This document shows positions 8,837 to 17,449 of a stretch of DNA of 64,000 nucleotides, one piece after another. The notes below the pieces were generated by a model. It worked only from the letters and a program-made list of their open reading frames with translations, searched no databases and had not been told where the DNA came from. A program made the translations under genes and the position numbers. Source of the stretch: a virus (Duplodnaviria; Caudoviricetes); the IMG/VR virus record IMGVR_UViG_3300049141_000098, positions 1-64,000 of that record; one strand, written 5' to 3'. Position 1 is the stretch's first letter. The number at the start of each line of letters is the position of its first letter.

Positions 8837-10201
8837 ATGTCCACATCCATGGAAGAGGACTTGATTCAGCGCGTACTCGATCTGTTGGGCTGCCGAGATC
8901 ACGCCACGTTCTTAAGGCGCCTGGCGGAATGTCACAACGCCCTCGGTTACGGGCACATGGCGACCAGACCAGAGAAGATCAGCCGCTGGAAGCGGGGAGT
9001 GCGCCCCGACCGGTACGCCGAGATGGCCCTGGCCTCCATGCTCGGCGTACCGGTGGAGCAAGTCCGAACGTTGGGCTGGCCAGACTGGCTGCGCGTTGCC
9101 CTGGACGCCGATCAGATACTGCTGAATGCCCCTTGGACTCCGGCCGGTGCCCTCGAAGTGCTGGACCATCTAGGAAAGCCGGACGGTATGGATCGACGAT
9201 CAGCAATTCTCAGCGGCGGCGCTCTGACCGCAGCCATCCTCACGAACTGGACCTCGGCGTCTGCGGCCACTGCGGTACATGACCCGAGCCGACCACGCGT
9301 CACCGACCGCAGCGCCGCACTGATCGACGCCCGCCTTGCGGCGTTGCGCCAGCTCGACGACGAGATCGGATCCACTGAGACGTACGCACTGGCGCGCGCG
9401 GAGCGGGCGTCCATCGTCACGGTGCTGCGCACTCGGTCCTTCAGCGAGGCCGTTACGCGGCGGCTCTTCTCGGCTGCCGCAGAAGCGTCACGGATATGCG
9501 GATGGTGCGCCTTCGACTCCGGGAGTATGGCTGCGGCCGAGCATCACTACATGGGGGCTGCGAGGGCCGCCGCGACTGCGCAGGACTCCGTAGTCACGGC
9601 CAACCTGTTCAACTTCTGGGCCATGGTCAGGTACAGCGACGGGGACACCTCCGGGGCTCTGGATTACGCCGAAGAGGCCCTCAGGCAGGCACGGCGCACT
9701 GGCTCCCCCCGGCTGATCGCCCTGACCCACGCCCGAATTTCCCGCGCTCACGCCAAGGCGGGGGATCTCCTGTCCAGCCGACGGGCCGAGGAGGCCGCCT
9801 TCACGGCCTTCGAGGCGGCCGGTGACCCGGGCGACGAGCCGGGCTGTGTCTACTGGGTCAGCAGGGAGGAACTGCACAGTTGGGCGGCGAGCAATGCGTC
9901 CGACCTCAACGACCCGCGCCGGGCACTGTCTCACTACGGCGCCATCTCAGCTCTTCATCGCGCGGCGGCGAATCAGGGCACCTATCCGCGCTCGCGTGCT
10001 CTGCGCCTGGTACGTGAAGCGAAGACTCACCTGTCCCTGCGGGATGTCGATGCCGCGCTGCACGCGGCCGATCAGGCCGTTCAGACGATGGGGGGTGTGA
10101 CCTCTCCTCGGGGCGCGACCATACTGACAGGCCTGCGCAGCAAGCTTCAAGCGCATGGGCAACTTCCCGGAGTGCGCGGATTCCTTGAGCGAACTGCCTG
10201 A
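8837..10201 (+). CDS. Streptomyces-type transcriptional regulator (N-terminal XRE-like HTH, C-terminal TPR-like helices); contains an in-frame TTA
   Basis: 'KISRWKRGVRPD...ALASMLGV' HTH, 'MDRRSAILSGG' linker and alanine-rich helical repeats; RBS GGGAGG; divergent from rfbB. Confidence 0.75.
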   Translation: MSTSMEEDLIQRVLDLLGCRDHATFLRRLAECHNALGYGHMATRPEKISRWKRGVRPDRYAEMALASMLGVPVEQVRTLGWPDWLRVALDADQILLNAPWTPAGALEVLDHLGKPDGMDRRSAILSGGALTAAILTNWTSASAATAVHDPSRPRVTDRSAALIDARLAALRQLDDEIGSTETYALARAERASIVTVLRTRSFSEAVTRRLFSAAAEASRICGWCAFDSGSMAAAEHHYMGAARAAATAQDSVVTANLFNFWAMVRYSDGDTSGALDYAEEALRQARRTGSPRLIALTHARISRAHAKAGDLLSSRRAEEAAFTAFEAAGDPGDEPGCVYWVSREELHSWAASNASDLNDPRRALSHYGAISALHRAAANQGTYPRSRALRLVREAKTHLSLRDVDAALHAADQAVQTMGGVTSPRGATILTGLRSKLQAHGQLPGVRGFLERTA

Positions 10202-10390
10202 AAGCAAACTCGTTCCGACCCTGCGTGAGACGCCCTCCGGAGTCCCGATGGGGGCGAAGCGGATTGACTCCGAAAAGGGCAACGACAGGAATGGGTAAGG
10301 AAGTAGACTTTAAACTCGAATAAACTTGAAGTTGTGCAGGGGCTATGCCGCACTAAACGGCAGGTTCTGCACCGCTCTTGACGGAAGCAG

Positions 10391-10434
10391 AAAGCCCCCA
10401 TTCGGTGATGCACAGTCACCCGAATGGGGGCTTT
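10391..10434. terminator. Bidirectional terminator-like hairpin
   Basis: Perfect 14-bp inverted repeat AAAGCCCCCATTCG / CGAATGGGGGCTTT. Confidence 0.75.
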
Positions 10435-10489
10435 CCCCGTTATGATCCGGCTGAAAGATCATGCCTTCCGGCCGGAGGTACAAACCGAC

Positions 10490-11056
10490 ATGGCAGCAGT
10501 GAAGAGTTTGCCACCCTCCTTGACCATCTGGTGGGTGGATGAGTCGGATCAGACGGCCCTCGGTTACGAGGGAACGTACGGCGAGGGATTCGCTGATATC
10601 GACCACCCGACCGCCGCCGAGATCAACGCGGGCCTGAACATCTCGTGCGCCCTGACCACCGACATCACGCTCGGCTGGACGGACCGCGACACGGATGACA
10701 CCCGTGGTCTCTGCGACGACTCGAACGTGGCGACGCCAACAGCCAAGAATTACGAAGGCCAGTTGAACGTCTTCCTCGACCGCGACCCGAACAAGCTCGA
10801 CCCGAGCATCTACAACGACGTGATGCGGCTTTTCAAGAAGCCGCTGAGGTCGGGCTATCTCGTGCAGCGGATCTCAAAGCACCCGGTTCGGGATCCGCAG
10901 GCGTCGAACACCGACTGGGTCACCGTCTACAAGTTCCTCAGTGGCGACCCCAATGTCATCAACGACGCCACCGCCCCGCTCCAGCTCCAGCCGACGATGT
11001 ACCCCCAGGGGCAGTCGTCGGATGGCCTGGTGCAGGTCGGCAGCACTGGTAGCTGA
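10490..11056 (+). CDS. Major tail (tube) protein
   Basis: 'PTAAEINAGLNISCAL...DTRGLCD' actinophage tail-tube pattern; GGAGG RBS; precedes chaperone and tape measure. Confidence 0.85.
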   Translation: MAAVKSLPPSLTIWWVDESDQTALGYEGTYGEGFADIDHPTAAEINAGLNISCALTTDITLGWTDRDTDDTRGLCDDSNVATPTAKNYEGQLNVFLDRDPNKLDPSIYNDVMRLFKKPLRSGYLVQRISKHPVRDPQASNTDWVTVYKFLSGDPNVINDATAPLQLQPTMYPQGQSSDGLVQVGSTGS

Positions 11057-11082
11057 CAGAACAACCCAAGGGACGGAACAGC

Positions 11083-11892
11083 ATGACGCAGGACAACTCG
11101 GTGCCGGGCAACCCGGAGCCCGGCCCGGACAACTTCAACTTCGAGGACTACCTGGAAGGCGTTTCGACTTTCCCGGTATTCGACCACGTGGCCTACCTCG
11201 ACCAGCGCAGCGGAGCCGAACTGGCGCGCGTTCTGGACGAGCTGGAGGAGGTGGTCGGCGAGCAGGCGCAACTGGACAAGCGGATCGAGGCGCGTACTCA
11301 GCAGTCGACGAATTCCTTCGTCGATGCGGCTCTCGACTCAATGCTCGAAGAGCGCGAGGACTTGAACGGTCACATCGAGAAGCTGCTGGCGCGGCGGGAC
11401 AAGCTGACCGAGAAGATCAAGACGTCGTCTCTCAAGCTCCTCTTCCAGGTCAAGACCCCGGAGGAGCTTGGCACTGTCACCCGCGAGGCGACGCGGCAGT
11501 TCCACAAGGAGAACCAGCACTTCAAGAATGCCAGCGACGATGATCTCGATTACATCACCGCCCGCAGCCGCTATCTGCTCACCGCGCAGATAGCGCACTT
11601 CTGCACAGGCATGACGCTGCCTGACGGACGAAACGTTCCTCCGCCGACGCGGCAGGGCGCGGAGAAGCTGCTGGGGTCGCTGATCTCGTCGGAGATGATG
11701 CGCCTGATGGAGTCGGTCGGCACTGGCCTGTCTGCCTCGCAGGACTGGGCGGACAAGCTCGATGCCGGATTTCCTGGCCGAGGCTCTGACGTGGAAGAGG
11801 AACGCGTGGCTGAGGACCGCGCTGAAGGCGGCGAAGTCGTGGGGCCTGCCCCCTCTCACGATGATCACCGGGAACCCCTCAGACTGGGCTGA
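11083..11892 (+). CDS. Tail assembly chaperone (gpG equivalent)
   Basis: Position between tail tube and tape measure; helical and acidic. Confidence 0.75.
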   Translation: MTQDNSVPGNPEPGPDNFNFEDYLEGVSTFPVFDHVAYLDQRSGAELARVLDELEEVVGEQAQLDKRIEARTQQSTNSFVDAALDSMLEEREDLNGHIEKLLARRDKLTEKIKTSSLKLLFQVKTPEELGTVTREATRQFHKENQHFKNASDDDLDYITARSRYLLTAQIAHFCTGMTLPDGRNVPPPTRQGAEKLLGSLISSEMMRLMESVGTGLSASQDWADKLDAGFPGRGSDVEEERVAEDRAEGGEVVGPAPSHDDHREPLRLG

Positions 11893-12196
11893 CGAACGCA
11901 ACAGGAAGCTGGCCATGGCGACAACGATCTTGGAGGAGGAGTCGTGCAAGAGCTGCGGCACGCCCGCCTGGATCGGCATGTCGACCAACAACGAGATCGT
12001 CTTCGACATCAAGTCGACGACTTGCTACGCCTGCGCCGAGCTGGAGAAAGACCGGGAGAGCTACGAAAAGGGGCGGGGCGGAAAGCCGAGACAGAAGGGC
12101 GAGACGCGATACGCGAGGCCGCGCAACGTGTGGGGTGAGGGTCATTCCCTTCCTTCGAGGGCGCACTCCTATCAGCACGACATGCCGGAGGACTAG
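11771..12196 (+). CDS. Tail assembly chaperone extension (gpT equivalent), probably reached by a +1 frameshift
   Basis: Overlapping +1 frame with strong GC3 and 'WGLPP...CKSCGTPAW'; stop abuts the tape measure GTG. Confidence 0.7.
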   Translation, partial: FLAEALTWKRNAWLRTALKAAKSWGLPPLTMITGNPSDWADERNRKLAMATTILEEESCKSCGTPAWIGMSTNNEIVFDIKSTTCYACAELEKDRESYEKGRGGKPRQKGETRYARPRNVWGEGHSLPSRAHSYQHDMPED

Positions 12197-15100
12197 GTGG
12201 CGACGAGCTTCGATGCAACGGCTCGAATAAACCTTGACATCCGGTCATTCGCGCAGGGGGCGGCGGCCGTCACCAAGTCCGGCGGTCAGATGGAGCAGGT
12301 TTTCCAGAACCTGAACACCGTCATGGGCAAGGTGGCCCACGTCAATGCCGACCTCGCGAGCAAGATTCGCACCTCGGCGTCCGCATACAACGCCGCCCTT
12401 TCGGTGGTAAGGAACTTCGCCCAGGTCAGCGCGCAGCTTCAGAAGAGTGAGCAAAATCAGGCCAACGTCACCAAGACGCTGGTCAATGTGTTCGGTCAAC
12501 TACGCAGCGCTCTCGCTCAGGTTCAGGGCCTGAGCGAGAAGGAGTACCAGCGAATCAACAGGACAGTCGCGATCTACGAGCGCTTGGCCAAGGTTGTGCT
12601 GGCTCTGGCCAATGCGCAGAAGTCGATGTCCTCGGTTACACAGAACGCCATAGCCGCGCAGCAGAAAGAGGAGCAGGCCAAGCGGAAGGCGGCCGAAACC
12701 GCTCAGCGTCTCGCGCTCGAAGAGCAGAAGCTGGCCATCCAGCGCGAAAGGCTGGCCCAGTCGGCTCAGCGCATTGCCCAGCAGGAGCAGGCGCTGGCCA
12801 ACGCAAGAGCCAGGACTGCGCAGGCGACACAGAGTGCCCACCAGTCAACGGTCTCCTACTCGGGTTCAACCTTCGCCCTGCGCAACACCGTTGGAGAGCT
12901 GGAAAGCTCCTTCCAGTCGTTGTACAACGTCCTCTCGAAGGTGCCTACCGCGCTTGCCGGGGCGGCCATCTCCCAGGAGGCGGCGTTCGCTCAGGTCGCC
13001 CGTGTTGTTGGCGAAGCGGAAGCCGCATCCGTTGGCCTGCTGGAGCGCTTCCAGAAGATCGCCCAGCAGGCCCCGATCTCCTTCGAAGAGGTCGCCCGCA
13101 TCGGTCAGCTCGGTGCCGCGATCGGCATCTCGGAGCAGAATCTGGGTGACTTCACCGACACTATCGTGAAGTTCTCACTGACCACGGGCGTGGCATCCGA
13201 GGAAGCCACAATCATGCTGGGCCGAATAGCACAGATGCAGAACGTGCCGATCTCCGAGATCGATCAGCTCGGCTCCGCGATCCTCGCCCTGGGTACAGCC
13301 TCGGCCGCCACCGACCAGGAAATCCTGCGCGTCAACGCCTCGATTGCCACCGTCTCCAACCTGTTCGGCCTCACCGCACAGCAGACGGCAGGTCTGTCGG
13401 CCGCCCTCGCCACCCTCCAAGTCCGGCCCGAGTTGTCCCGTGGTGCCCTGACTCGCGTGTTCAACGAGTTGTCCACGGCGGTATCCGAGGGCGGCACTGA
13501 ACTGAGCAAGCTGGCCAAGGTCATGGGGATGACCGACGAGGAGGTCACGAAGCTCCACAGCAACCCGGCCACACGAGGCGACTTCCTGCTCGCCTTCATC
13601 CAGGGCCTGAGCCGGGCCGCCGGAGCCGGTGGCGACGTCCAAGGCGTGCTCCGCGAATTGGGTGTCAATGCGGTTCGCGATATTGACGTGTTCTCCCGAC
13701 TCGCAAACAACGTGGACGTCGTCCGTGAGTCCTTTGACAGGGCGAACCTGGAGTTCGCTCGTGGAACTGAGCTGAACAAGCAGTCGAAAGGCATCTACTC
13801 AACCACGGCCGCCGAGATTCAGAACCTCTCTGACGCCTTCAAGACGCTGCTGGCCACCCTTGGCGGACCGCTGGCTACGGCGATCGGCACGATCGCCAGC
13901 AGCGTGGCCGAAGGGGTTGGAATTCTTGCCCACCTCGGCCCCATCGTTCCCATCCTTGGCACCCTGGGCGCTGTAGCGGTGACGGCAGCGGCGGGCTGGG
14001 CCCTGTACCAAGTCGTTCTGGCCAAGTCGATTCAGTCCGTCATCGCCTTCCGGGAACTCCAGGAACGCTTGAAGGTCACCACACTGAGCGCCCGCCTCGC
14101 TATCGATCTCTATCGCAACGGTTTCGCTGGGACGGTCGAGGCGCAGGCTGTGGCGGCCAACTCGCAGCGTCAGCTCACGACCAGCACGCAGGCTCTGACG
14201 GCTTCCCTGACGGCCTCCTCGCGGGCCATTCAGGGTTACGCACTGACGGCCGGACAGTCCGCTTCCGGATTGAATGCCATGGGTGTCGCCAGCGCGAACG
14301 CCGCGCGGGGCCAGGACGCGCTGTTCGCCTCGACGATGCTGACGCAGAACGCGATGAGGCAGGTCAGCGCTCAGGCGACGGCTTCCGCTCTGGCCATGGC
14401 GAACGTCTCGAACGTCAACCGCAATCTGGCTCTCACGCAGACGCAGATGGCCGCCTCGTCTCGCATGTTCGCCGGTCAGACAGCCATTGCCGCGACAGCC
14501 GTCAACGGACTGAACACGGCCGCCTTGCGCACGGTGCCCATCATGAACCAGATGTCGGCATCCATCCGCACCGCCGCCCTGGCTGGCACACAGATGGGCG
14601 CGGGCATGAACGCCGCCGCCATCTCCAGTGCGACGGCGGCAGGGGCGTTCACCCGGGCCACCACGAGCATTACGGCATCCGGCGTGGCTGCTCGTGCAGC
14701 AGCCTTCGCGTTCGGTCCCTGGGGTATCGCCATCGCCACGGCGGGCATCTTGCTCGGCCCGCTCATCGGCAAGATGTTCGATTTCCGTAGTGAGTCCGAG
14801 AAGATTGCGGATGCCGCCTTCGAAGCGACCGGCGGCACGCAGGCTCTGGCGAACGCGATCAAGGCCGACACGGATGCAGCAATCCGCGCCGCCGGTGGTG
14901 TCGAGCAGTACAACGCCGCCGTAAGGAATGGATCGAAGAGCGCACTAGCCGCCATCGGCGTGTACCGCACAGTCACTACAACAAAGAGCGACCTTGCCAA
15001 CGCGGATGCCAAGTCGGCCGAAGCTGCACGAGCCGAGGCGCGCGAACGTCTGCGGGCGATCGAGGCGACGAAGGGGTCCAAGGAGGCTCTGGCGGAGCAG

Positions 15101-17446
15101 GCGAAAGGCCACGGCACGGGTGCGCAGGCGGCGGCGCGGTACGTACGTGAGATCTCCAAGCAGGAAGGGATCATCCGTCAGACGACTGAGGCGCTCGGCA
15201 AGAACACGGCCGCTCTCGGCGAGAACGCCAAGCAGTGGCTGCTGGACACTGCCCAGGCTGCCGTCGAGACGTCGAAGCTGGCTGATGGCAGCGACATCAG
15301 CCGCCGGTCCATGGAGCAGCTCGGCGCGACCGGAGTCAATGTCGGCAATCTGCTACAACTGTCGCTCACCGAACCCGACAAGGCTCTGAAGCAGCTCGAC
15401 GCGGCGATCAAGGAAGTCGGCAAGACGGCCGACAACTACGCCCCTGCGGGGAGCGGCAAGCTCGGCGAGCAGATGAACAACGAGGCGGCATCGGCCATCC
15501 GCCTGAAGGGTTTCCTGGAGGCCCTGCGCACCACGATCTCCGCTGAGGACAGTGCCTCGACCAAGCTATCCATCACCAAGGGACTGCTCGCCGACGCCTT
15601 GGATGAGACGGGCCAGTCGGCTGGTTCGGCCAGTGGGAACATCAAGCTCACCCGGGATGCTCTGGAGGATCTCGACAGCACAGGCGAAGAGGCCCAGCAG
15701 GCGATCGACCAGCTCGCAACCACGTTCGAGAAGTTCGGCTCCCCGCTGGATGCCTTCAAGTCTGCGGCCGAGTCGGCTTTCGGTTCGGCGTCCGACGCGA
15801 TGCAGAAGTTCTCACTCCAGTCCAAGGGTGGCCTGGATGCGTACATCAGGGAACTGGAGAAGATCGCCAAGGCGCAGCGGGATTGGTCGAAGAACCTGAT
15901 CCAGATCTCCACGACACTCGGCCCTGACATTGCGGAGCAGTTCCGCAAGCTGGGACCGGAAGCCGCCCCGGCGGTCGCCGAACTGGCGGACCTCTCAGTG
16001 AAGGAGCTGGAGAGGCTGGGCCCGCGCCTGAAGGAGATCGGTGCCAACGCGACCAGCGATCTGGCCGCCTCGATCGTTCAGAACTCCGGCAAGATCGAGA
16101 ACGCCACCCTCCAGACCCGGACGGTCATCGCCGACATCTTCGGCAACATGATCGACAAGGCGAAGACCGCCGAGGACTTCGCAGGAGTGTCCAACGAGTA
16201 CCAGAAGCTGGTGCAGACGCTCGGCAAGTCGAAGGTGAAGATCGACATCACGGCCGATCAGGCGAAGGCCTTCAAGTCTCTCAACGACATCAAGCTCTAC
16301 ATCGACCTGATCAACACCTACAAGATCAAGCCTGAGGTCGCGATCGACATCATCGCAGCCCAGGGCAACATCGCCAAGCTTCAGGAAGCCATCAGGGCCG
16401 CCGAGGCCTCCGGCTCCCTCAACCCCAAGGGCAAGGCTCAGCTCGAATCCCTGCTCTTCCAGGCTCAGCTCACCCAGCTCACGACCTTCGTGGACGGACT
16501 GGAGGCCGCTGGCGGCCTCGACCCCAAGGGCCGCAGCAAGCTGGAGGACCAGGAGTACCGGGGAAAGGTTCTGGCCCTCACGGAGTTCCTGGCATCCGCA
16601 GAAGGTCAGGGCCTGCTCAACCCCAAGGGCAAGGCGCAACTCAACGACGCGAACTACCGGGCTCAGATGCAGGCCCTGGCCAACCTCATCCTCGGCAAGG
16701 AAGCGGCTGGAGAGTTCGATGTCAACGGCGACGGCAAGCTGAACGACGACGAGTTCAACCGGCTGCTGGAGGCCCTGAAGGGCGCTGTGGCCGACGCCAA
16801 TCGGGGGAAGCTGGACGCCAAGGGCAAGGTCACTCTGGCCAACGTGCAGGGCTTCAAAACCCAACTGGGCGGCATCGTGCAGGCCGCCTATTCGGCGGGC
16901 TCTCGCATCCAGAGTGCCCTCACTCGTAGCGCCACCGTGTCGGTTGGCTACCTGTACTACCAGAAGAACAGCCCGCCGAAGGGTGGTGGCGGGGTTGCGA
17001 ACACTGCTGTCGCCGCCGCCACGGGCGGGTGGATCAACGGTCCGGGAGGGCCCAAGTCAGATTCGATTCCAGCGTGGCTCAGCAACGGGGAGTTTGTGGT
17101 CAATGCTGCCGCCGCCAAGAGGTTCGGTGTCCTGCTGGAGGTCATCAACCGGGCAGGGGGGCGAGGGTTCTCGGACATCACCAGGAACCTGCTGGGCGCC
17201 TCCGTGACCGGCGGCTCGAAGCCCATCGCCCTCACGCAGGGCAGCAACGGCAACACGATGCTGGGGCAGGGCCTGATGTCCCGCATACCTCCAGAGTCCG
17301 TTTCTGTCTTCGCGGCACGCATGGCGATGCCGGGTGGCGGTCCGACGAACGTCTTCAACATCAACAACCAGTACCCGCAGGCGGAGCCGACGTCTACGAC
17401 GATCAACCGGTCTCTGGCCTACGCGGCGACCATCAGTGGGGTGTGA
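12197..17446 (+). CDS. Tape measure protein (1749 aa)
   Basis: Length, Ala/Gln-rich helices, TP901-like N-terminal domain, central hydrophobic stretches, C-terminal 'ATGGWINGPGGPKSDSIPAWLSNGEFVVNA'. Confidence 0.95.
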   Translation: MATSFDATARINLDIRSFAQGAAAVTKSGGQMEQVFQNLNTVMGKVAHVNADLASKIRTSASAYNAALSVVRNFAQVSAQLQKSEQNQANVTKTLVNVFGQLRSALAQVQGLSEKEYQRINRTVAIYERLAKVVLALANAQKSMSSVTQNAIAAQQKEEQAKRKAAETAQRLALEEQKLAIQRERLAQSAQRIAQQEQALANARARTAQATQSAHQSTVSYSGSTFALRNTVGELESSFQSLYNVLSKVPTALAGAAISQEAAFAQVARVVGEAEAASVGLLERFQKIAQQAPISFEEVARIGQLGAAIGISEQNLGDFTDTIVKFSLTTGVASEEATIMLGRIAQMQNVPISEIDQLGSAILALGTASAATDQEILRVNASIATVSNLFGLTAQQTAGLSAALATLQVRPELSRGALTRVFNELSTAVSEGGTELSKLAKVMGMTDEEVTKLHSNPATRGDFLLAFIQGLSRAAGAGGDVQGVLRELGVNAVRDIDVFSRLANNVDVVRESFDRANLEFARGTELNKQSKGIYSTTAAEIQNLSDAFKTLLATLGGPLATAIGTIASSVAEGVGILAHLGPIVPILGTLGAVAVTAAAGWALYQVVLAKSIQSVIAFRELQERLKVTTLSARLAIDLYRNGFAGTVEAQAVAANSQRQLTTSTQALTASLTASSRAIQGYALTAGQSASGLNAMGVASANAARGQDALFASTMLTQNAMRQVSAQATASALAMANVSNVNRNLALTQTQMAASSRMFAGQTAIAATAVNGLNTAALRTVPIMNQMSASIRTAALAGTQMGAGMNAAAISSATAAGAFTRATTSITASGVAARAAAFAFGPWGIAIATAGILLGPLIGKMFDFRSESEKIADAAFEATGGTQALANAIKADTDAAIRAAGGVEQYNAAVRNGSKSALAAIGVYRTVTTTKSDLANADAKSAEAARAEARERLRAIEATKGSKEALAEQAKGHGTGAQAAARYVREISKQEGIIRQTTEALGKNTAALGENAKQWLLDTAQAAVETSKLADGSDISRRSMEQLGATGVNVGNLLQLSLTEPDKALKQLDAAIKEVGKTADNYAPAGSGKLGEQMNNEAASAIRLKGFLEALRTTISAEDSASTKLSITKGLLADALDETGQSAGSASGNIKLTRDALEDLDSTGEEAQQAIDQLATTFEKFGSPLDAFKSAAESAFGSASDAMQKFSLQSKGGLDAYIRELEKIAKAQRDWSKNLIQISTTLGPDIAEQFRKLGPEAAPAVAELADLSVKELERLGPRLKEIGANATSDLAASIVQNSGKIENATLQTRTVIADIFGNMIDKAKTAEDFAGVSNEYQKLVQTLGKSKVKIDITADQAKAFKSLNDIKLYIDLINTYKIKPEVAIDIIAAQGNIAKLQEAIRAAEASGSLNPKGKAQLESLLFQAQLTQLTTFVDGLEAAGGLDPKGRSKLEDQEYRGKVLALTEFLASAEGQGLLNPKGKAQLNDANYRAQMQALANLILGKEAAGEFDVNGDGKLNDDEFNRLLEALKGAVADANRGKLDAKGKVTLANVQGFKTQLGGIVQAAYSAGSRIQSALTRSATVSVGYLYYQKNSPPKGGGGVANTAVAAATGGWINGPGGPKSDSIPAWLSNGEFVVNAAAAKRFGVLLEVINRAGGRGFSDITRNLLGASVTGGSKPIALTQGSNGNTMLGQGLMSRIPPESVSVFAARMAMPGGGPTNVFNINNQYPQAEPTSTTINRSLAYAATISGV
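16418..16850 (+). repeat. About five 33-aa tandem repeats in the tape measure C-terminal region
   Basis: L(N/D)PKG(K/R)xxL units begin at 16418, 16517 and 16616, with degenerate units at 16715 and 16811 (99-nt period, last 96 nt). Confidence 0.75.
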
Positions 17447-17449
17447 CCG

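Noticed and set aside
3836-10489. Target-site duplication or att sites bounding the sugar cassette
   Set aside because: No matching direct or inverted repeats found by eye at the two edges, and no transposase or recombinase inside.
11700-11892. Canonical -1 slippery heptamer for the tail chaperone
   Set aside because: None seen, and the downstream ORF is in the +1 frame.
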